A stretch of DNA of 63,719 nucleotides, filler included. It is 8 parts of 8 records of this genome, joined end to end, with 100 filler letters (N's around TTAATTAATTAA, not from the genome) between each part and the next. Parts side by side here need not be neighbours in the genome. Positions count along the whole stretch, not along the records: positions 57,912 to 63,719 come from SRR31156797_14248; 7 more parts are not named here. One strand, 5' to 3'. The notes beneath the pieces are model-generated. The model worked only from the letters and a program-made list of their open reading frames with translations. It was not told the origin of the DNA and did no database searches. Both the position numbers and the translations under genes were made by a program. Every line of letters begins with the position of its first letter. Position 1 is the stretch's first letter. Positions 58,204 through 63,719 of the stretch are shown piece after piece.

Positions 58204-59433
58204 TTATTCAAAAAATTTCTTAAAAAACTCAGTTAGCCAACCAAAAAAGCCTCCGGAACCTTCTGCTATCTTCAACTTTCCTCTGTTGGCAAAATAATTA
58301 ATTATTCCCACCGCACTCGAAAAAGAAGGAGAGCTCAGAACATCCTGAAAACCACTGCTCGCTTCATTTATTTTCGGTTTACCAATTCTCACAGGCTGTT
58401 CAAAAACTTCTTTTGCTAAAGATTGAATATCCTTAAGCTCGGCAGTCCCACCTGTAAGAACAATATTTGTCTGTATTACATTTTCTTTCATTTCCTCATT
58501 GAGCCTTTTTCTTGCGGCCATGAGGATCTCTTCTACCCTCGGAGCAAGAACACTTGCTAGAAAATGAACCTTTTTAACTTTTTTCTCATCAGTTCCAATT
58601 ATACTAACTTCTATCTCTTCATCACTTGAAACATAATCAGGTCTTGCGCTACCGTGTCTGCATTTTATCCTTTCAGCTTCAACTGGCGGTATCCTCATTG
58701 CGTAACTGATGTCCTTAGTAACATAGTTTCCGCCCATAGGTATTACAGATGTATAAACAGGATCTCCCTGATGATAGACTGTTATATCAGTAGTGCCTTC
58801 ACCAATGTCTATTAATGCAACGCCAAGTTGCTTTTCATCCTCTTCAAGAACTGCCCAACTAGCTGCGATTCCGTTTACAAGCACATCTTCAACATGTAAT
58901 CCGGCATCTTCAACAGATTTTGCTAAATTTCTAAGCATTGCTGTAGATGATGTGAGTATATGAACCTTCACTTCCAGACGTCTTCCAGCCATGCCTTTAG
59001 GATTTCTGATACCTGCCTGATCATCAACTACAAACTCACCGATTTCAACATTTACTATCTGTCGATCACTTGCAAGACTAATGTTTCGAGCTTGTTCAAT
59101 AACTCTGTCAATGTCTGTCTGTGCGACTTCCCGTCCTCGAACAGTAACAACACCATGACTATTTATTGATGACACGTGCTCTCCTGAAAGCCCGATATAA
59201 ACAGATTTTATGTGAATATCCGCTATTTTCTCGGCTTCTTTCACGGATTCCTGGATAGCTTTCGTTGTTGCTTCCATATTAACAACGCTGCCTGCGATAA
59301 TGCCATTTTCATTATAGGCGACGCCCTTTCCTATAAACTGTACATTTCCTAAAGTATCAACCTTTGCTACAAGAGTCGTCACCTTTTTAGTGCCCACATC
59401 AAGTGCCACGATCGTATTTTCGTTCTTAGGCAT
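58204..59433 (-). CDS. ftsA: Cell division protein FtsA
   Basis: ALDVGTKKV, IDIGEGTT, AERIK and VLTGG motifs. Confidence 0.96.
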   Translation of the reverse strand: MPKNENTIVALDVGTKKVTTLVAKVDTLGNVQFIGKGVAYNENGIIAGSVVNMEATTKAIQESVKEAEKIADIHIKSVYIGLSGEHVSSINSHGVVTVRGREVAQTDIDRVIEQARNISLASDRQIVNVEIGEFVVDDQAGIRNPKGMAGRRLEVKVHILTSSTAMLRNLAKSVEDAGLHVEDVLVNGIAASWAVLEEDEKQLGVALIDIGEGTTDITVYHQGDPVYTSVIPMGGNYVTKDISYAMRIPPVEAERIKCRHGSARPDYVSSDEEIEVSIIGTDEKKVKKVHFLASVLAPRVEEILMAARKRLNEEMKENVIQTNIVLTGGTAELKDIQSLAKEVFEQPVRIGKPKINEASSGFQDVLSSPSFSSAVGIINYFANRGKLKIAEGSGGFFGWLTEFFKKFFE

Positions 59434-60268
59434 TTTCCCCCCTGTTTATATTCTGGAAAACTTTTCCAACGATTATTCTTATTTTATCACCCTGTCTTTC
59501 AAAAATATACTCGCCAGCCCATTTATTGCTCTTAACAAGTTTACGAGAAACATTAAAAAATCTTGTTTTCATGCTTTCAAGTTCTTCACGAGACCTAATG
59601 TTCCCGAAGTTAATAACAGATGTCATTGAGCTTTTTCCTTCACAATCAGCAGAAAACCCTCTTGTCAGATCATAGCTGATGCTGCCAACTGTACAGATAT
59701 CAGACTTTTTCCACATTCTTGAGATATCTACGGCCATCTTAATTATTGTCTCTCTTTTTTTTGAATCCATCAGGTCGTAGTCAATATGGAAAAATGGTAA
59801 TGTGATATCCGTTTCTCCGGGAAATGCTCTTTTAAAAACTATTCCCTTAGAATCTGCAAACCACATTGTATAGAGATCCTTCTTTCCTTTATTTTTCTTT
59901 ATACTATTAACTATTATTGATGGTTCATATTCTTTCAGCTTAATAGTTACGGAGTCAGGAAAGTGCTTAATAACAGAAACATTCTTGACCCAGCCACTTG
60001 ATATTAAATAGGCTTCGACCTTTTTCTTATCAATATCAAACCAACTCTTTTTTCTATCCAGACCAGATAGTAAAAGAACTTCCTTTTCACTTAACCTTAT
60101 ATTTCCTTCGATCATTATTTTATCAGAAGTCACTGTGACACTTTCACTTTTCTCAATATTATCAACAACTTTTGCAGAAATGCTAAAAAGGCCAATAAAC
60201 GAAAATGTCATAACATAAATAGCAAATGAGTATAAAATTATCTTTAAACCTTTAAGCACTTTACTCAC
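59426..60268 (-). CDS. ftsQ: FtsQ/DivIB-like POTRA-domain protein (divergent)
   Basis: N-terminal TM, IEGNIRLS and WVKNVSVIKHFPDSVTIKLKE; lies between ddl and ftsA. Confidence 0.85.
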   Translation of the reverse strand: MSKVLKGLKIILYSFAIYVMTFSFIGLFSISAKVVDNIEKSESVTVTSDKIMIEGNIRLSEKEVLLLSGLDRKKSWFDIDKKKVEAYLISSGWVKNVSVIKHFPDSVTIKLKEYEPSIIVNSIKKNKGKKDLYTMWFADSKGIVFKRAFPGETDITLPFFHIDYDLMDSKKRETIIKMAVDISRMWKKSDICTVGSISYDLTRGFSADCEGKSSMTSVINFGNIRSREELESMKTRFFNVSRKLVKSNKWAGEYIFERQGDKIRIIVGKVFQNINRGENA

Positions 60269-61173
60269 CTGGATATCGCCTCCTCTATAAGCTTTTCTAT
60301 TAAACCAAGATAGCTAATTCCTATTTCCTTTGCGATCATTGGAACAAGTGAATGAGATGTCATGCCTGGAAGAGTATTAATTTCAAGCATTATATAATCA
60401 TCACCATTAACCATAAAGTCACTTCTGGTAACTCCTTTGCATCCAAGAGTTTTATGGATCTTCAAAGAAGCATTCCATATATCGGTACAGGCTCTGGAAC
60501 TATAATCGGGGTTGGTGACATACTGAGTTGCATCACTTTCATATTTTGATTCAAAATCATAAAAATCATTTGCCGGAATGATCTCAACATCACCAATAAT
60601 CTGATCATTAAGAACGGCCACATTTATTTCACGACCAGTAAAGTATCTCTCACAAAGAAAATTTCGCCCTTCAACTATTTCAGAAACAGCATTTTCCCAA
60701 TCATCTTGAGTCTTTATAATGTATATACCTCTGCTTGAGCCATTAACCGGATCTTTTAAAACTAATGGAAACTCAAACGGCGGTTTAACTTTTGGAGTAA
60801 CTCTTAGACAGACACCTTCTGCTACCTTTATTCCCAGATCTTTCATTATCGCTCTGGAAATATACTTATCCATTCCAAATGCACTGGCTCCAACGCCAGA
60901 ATTTGTATATGGTATCTGGAGCATTTCTAATAATCCCTGAACTGTCCCGTCTTCCCCATATTTCCCATGAAGACCATTTATTATAACATCAGGAGAGGAA
61001 GCTCTTAGGGTTTTATCAAGGTTAAAGTCGACATCAATAAGAGTAGTATTGATGTAGCCACCTTTAATTAGGGCATCATACATCATTTTACCGGTTTCAA
61101 GACTTACACTTCTTTCATCTGACATGCCACCGGCAATAACGGCTATTTTCATTTTCCTGTCTAGTTTAGCCAT
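60265..61173 (-). CDS. ddl: D-alanine-D-alanine ligase
   Basis: GGMSDERSVS, LHGKYGEDG, FYDFESKY and EINTLPGMT motifs. Confidence 0.96.
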   Translation of the reverse strand: MAKLDRKMKIAVIAGGMSDERSVSLETGKMMYDALIKGGYINTTLIDVDFNLDKTLRASSPDVIINGLHGKYGEDGTVQGLLEMLQIPYTNSGVGASAFGMDKYISRAIMKDLGIKVAEGVCLRVTPKVKPPFEFPLVLKDPVNGSSRGIYIIKTQDDWENAVSEIVEGRNFLCERYFTGREINVAVLNDQIIGDVEIIPANDFYDFESKYESDATQYVTNPDYSSRACTDIWNASLKIHKTLGCKGVTRSDFMVNGDDYIMLEINTLPGMTSHSLVPMIAKEIGISYLGLIEKLIEEAISR

Positions 61174-62008
61174 TCCAGAATTTCACCTCAGGTTCCAGTA
61201 TTATATTAAACTTACTTTCAACTTTATTTCGCGCCTCATTTAAAAGCATCTCAAAATCGCTATAAGTTGCATTTCCTTTATTTATTATAATGTTCGCGTG
61301 ATCATCACTAAGAGCGGCATCATTCACTGAGTACCCTTTCATTCCTGCCTCATCAAGTAATCTTCCCGCTTTCTCATCTTCCGTATTCTTAAATAAAGAC
61401 CCCGCACTTGCATGCTTAATTCTTATCCTTCTTGAAAGATAGTACAGGACTCTTTTTCTTACATTCTCAGGAGTATCTTTGATCAATACAAGATCAATGC
61501 CGTAAATTATAAAAGGAGCTTCCGGAGCATTTTCAAGTTTTCTATACGAGAACTCTGGAACCAGCATTGATACAGCACCATCCTTAATATAATAAACGCC
61601 CCCTGCAACATCTTCCCAGCTACTTCCAGCCGGTGCTGCATTTCCACAAACAGCTCCTGCAACAGTTCCTGGAATTCCGGCCATAAATTCAAGACCCGAA
61701 AGACCATTCTTGACTGAATAGTTTATTAGACTGCTTATCGGGATCCCGCCCGGCATAAATGCTTTTACAGCATTTTCACTTACATCTTCTGTTGTGCTTG
61801 AGCCAACCATAGCCCCCATGTAAATAACAGGTTTTTTAACATCACCAGCTACTATGTTGCTGCCTCCTGCAAGCACATAATAATCTTTAAAATCATAGGA
61901 GAAACGCACAATATCATCAATAGTATCAGGAACATAAAGATCGCATTGAGCATCTTTGACCTTCAGTGTCAGAAGCGATGACATTTGAGCATTCTTTTTT
62001 AACTTCAT
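61166..62008 (-). CDS. murB: UDP-N-acetylenolpyruvoylglucosamine reductase
   Basis: GGSN, GIPGTVAGA..NA, SAGSLFKN, HAN and LEPEV motifs. Confidence 0.93.
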   Translation of the reverse strand: MKLKKNAQMSSLLTLKVKDAQCDLYVPDTIDDIVRFSYDFKDYYVLAGGSNIVAGDVKKPVIYMGAMVGSSTTEDVSENAVKAFMPGGIPISSLINYSVKNGLSGLEFMAGIPGTVAGAVCGNAAPAGSSWEDVAGGVYYIKDGAVSMLVPEFSYRKLENAPEAPFIIYGIDLVLIKDTPENVRKRVLYYLSRRIRIKHASAGSLFKNTEDEKAGRLLDEAGMKGYSVNDAALSDDHANIIINKGNATYSDFEMLLNEARNKVESKFNIILEPEVKFWNG

Positions 62009-63360
62009 TGAGCCACCAGATAGCTGTTAATTTTGTTAACATCACCTGCACCAACAGTTATTAGAGCTGAGATATGAAGCTTTTCAACACTGATCTTAAA
62101 AAACTCAAGAGCTTCTTGGATAGAGTCAAAGTAATAAACTTCATTATCTGTAGTTCGTTTTATATCTTCATATAGCATTTTCGAATTCATTCCAACCTCT
62201 TTTTCACCAGCTGAAAAAACAGGCAGAATAACAAGAGGCTCAACCTTACTAAGCACTTCAACAAATTTGCCATAAAAAGCATTAAACCTAGTAAATCTAT
62301 GCGGTTGGAAGACCATTCCAAAGCTCTTGAATTCAAACTCAGCTTGTTCGGCCAAAGCAGCAAGTTCAGACGGATGATGAGCATAGTCATCAACAAGAGA
62401 TACTCCCTCGTATTCTCCTACAACCTCAAAACGCCTGTCAACAGATGGCAGCTCTGCCCAGAATTTTTCATCCAGATCAGGAAGTTTGCTCTCTAACGAG
62501 TTTAAATATGCTTCACATATCATAAGTGCCGCACTTCTATTTTGAAGTACATGTGCCGGTTCTCTTCTATTTCCAATATAAACTTCTCTCGTATCACTAA
62601 GAAGATACCAGTTATCATCTCTCATATAAAAATCATAATCCTCAATATTCTGAAAAGGTTTCCCACCTCTGATCTCTTCTGCAGTAGGAAAAGAGCAAGG
62701 AGTAAACATTGAATAAAGAGAGTCACTTAGATCAAAACCTCTTCCAACAACAAGTATATCAGGCCTGTTATTTAGAAGATATCTTTCGAATCTGGACAAC
62801 ATTTCGTCAGAATCCTGATAGTGGTCCGGATGTTCAAATTCAAGGTTATTTATCAACAAAATATCCGGAGAAAACTCAAAGATAGATCCATCACTTTCGT
62901 CTAGCTCGATTATCTGTAGATCACCATCTGTTACATTGGATCTTCCTGCGCATTTTCCACCTGTGTAAACAGATGGATTTTGTCCGGCAGCTTTTAGAAC
63001 ATGAAAAATGATCCATGCCGTTGAAGTCTTCCCATGACTTCCTGAAACTCCTATCACCGTTTGATCTTTAACTAATTTAGCAAGGAACTGTCCTCTGGAA
63101 AGAACCTCTATGCCTTCCTCTTTAGCCTTTAATATCTCAGGATTATTCAATGGAATAGCTGTTGAACGGACAACAATATCGACTCCTTTAATATGATCAG
63201 AAGAGTGGCCTGTAAAACATTTCACACCCTCATTCTTAACCATTGTCAAATATGGGCTTTCAGACAGATCACAACCTGATACTTCATACCCTTTTGATCT
63301 AGCCATCAGACTAAGTCCGCTGACGCCGCTTCCACCTATTCCTACAAAGTGAACATGCAT
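62005..63360 (-). CDS. murC: UDP-N-acetylmuramate-L-alanine ligase
   Basis: HFVGIGGSG, GSHGKTST, ELDESDGS, DDYAHHP and FQPHRFTR motifs. Confidence 0.95.
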   Translation of the reverse strand: MHVHFVGIGGSGVSGLSLMARSKGYEVSGCDLSESPYLTMVKNEGVKCFTGHSSDHIKGVDIVVRSTAIPLNNPEILKAKEEGIEVLSRGQFLAKLVKDQTVIGVSGSHGKTSTAWIIFHVLKAAGQNPSVYTGGKCAGRSNVTDGDLQIIELDESDGSIFEFSPDILLINNLEFEHPDHYQDSDEMLSRFERYLLNNRPDILVVGRGFDLSDSLYSMFTPCSFPTAEEIRGGKPFQNIEDYDFYMRDDNWYLLSDTREVYIGNRREPAHVLQNRSAALMICEAYLNSLESKLPDLDEKFWAELPSVDRRFEVVGEYEGVSLVDDYAHHPSELAALAEQAEFEFKSFGMVFQPHRFTRFNAFYGKFVEVLSKVEPLVILPVFSAGEKEVGMNSKMLYEDIKRTTDNEVYYFDSIQEALEFFKISVEKLHISALITVGAGDVNKINSYLVAQ

Positions 63361-63361
63361 T

Positions 63362-63719
63362 TTATTTCCCGCTTAAACATCTATCAATATCATTTGCCAT
63401 TTTTGTTGCAGATCGCTCAAAACCCATTGCCTCAAGGTTAGGAGTTAACTTCTCAGGATTATCAATAAATGAAGACAAAGCTCTATAGAGCTTTTTAATT
63501 CTTTTATCCAAACTGCCAGTATCTTCTACAAGATAAGCCAGGCCTCTCTTACTCATTAGTTTAGCATTCTCTTTCTGATATTTATCCTGTTTTGGAGATA
63601 ATGGTAATAAAACACCGGTTTTCTTAACACCTATCAGCTCTGCGATAACATCCGATGTAGGACGACACAGAACAATATCTCCAGTCTGATAATATTTGCC
63701 CCTATTCTCATAACTCATA
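63362..63719 (-). CDS. murG: Divergent MurG-like glycosyltransferase C-terminus (5'-truncated)
   Basis: Directly upstream of murC. Y..GDIVLCR....IAEL and Q..NA resemble the GT28 C-terminal motif. Confidence 0.65.
   Translation of the reverse strand, partial: MSYENRGKYYQTGDIVLCRPTSDVIAELIGVKKTGVLLPLSPKQDKYQKENAKLMSKRGLAYLVEDTGSLDKRIKKLYRALSSFIDNPEKLTPNLEAMGFERSATKMANDIDRCLSGK

Noticed and set aside
147-62496. Many short ORF-track entries overlapping or antisense to the called genes
   Set aside because: Shadow frames with no motifs or RBS, lying inside well-supported genes.

Overview
This window is not one locus. It is eight unrelated contigs joined by seven 100-nt artificial linkers (N44-TTAATTAATTAA-N44), so neighbourhood is only meaningful within a contig. 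Taxonomic labels are inferred from promoter/RBS style and gene content. Contig A (1-7919, Bacteroidota-like): lysA end, MBL hydrolase, GH78 rhamnosidase, flavodoxin-ferredoxin, a PurF lacking Cys1, isochorismatase-family protein, SIS-only KpsF, sucC start. B (8020-22221, diderm with sigma70 promoters and SD sites): aspartate kinase, tRNA-Asn, a complete hisGDCBHAF(IE) operon with an unannotated His-leader attenuator, an OMP, a half-length ProA, DUF2961, RNase HI, serine hydrolase. C (22322-33128, Bacteroidota-like): TolC/MFP, an ATP-grasp unknown, ppk2, DUF1338, a PfkB lacking its catalytic Asp, acpH, KamA-like radical SAM, rodA, mrdA. D (33229-38908, AT-rich): a 717-aa FHA-like protein whose last 48 nt are duplicated downstream, LacI regulator, membrane protein, PNP. 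E (39009-44588, Bacteroidota-like): DUF218, U32/RlhA-like, a 41-bp-period palindromic array between heptamer repeats, TonB-dependent receptor. F (44689-50363, Desulfobacterota-like): integrase relic, two Zur-like boxes, znuACB-zur, an unannotated 53-aa 10-Cys protein, YcgR/YcgQ-like pair. G (50464-57811): surface-glycan cluster containing SqdB. H (57912-63719): divergent dcw cluster. No CRISPR array, rRNA or intact mobile element was seen. The best leads are the Cys-rich micro-protein in the Zn operon, the 41-bp array, the duplicated gene 3' end, the His attenuator, sqdB in a polysaccharide cluster, and several apparent pseudo-enzymes.
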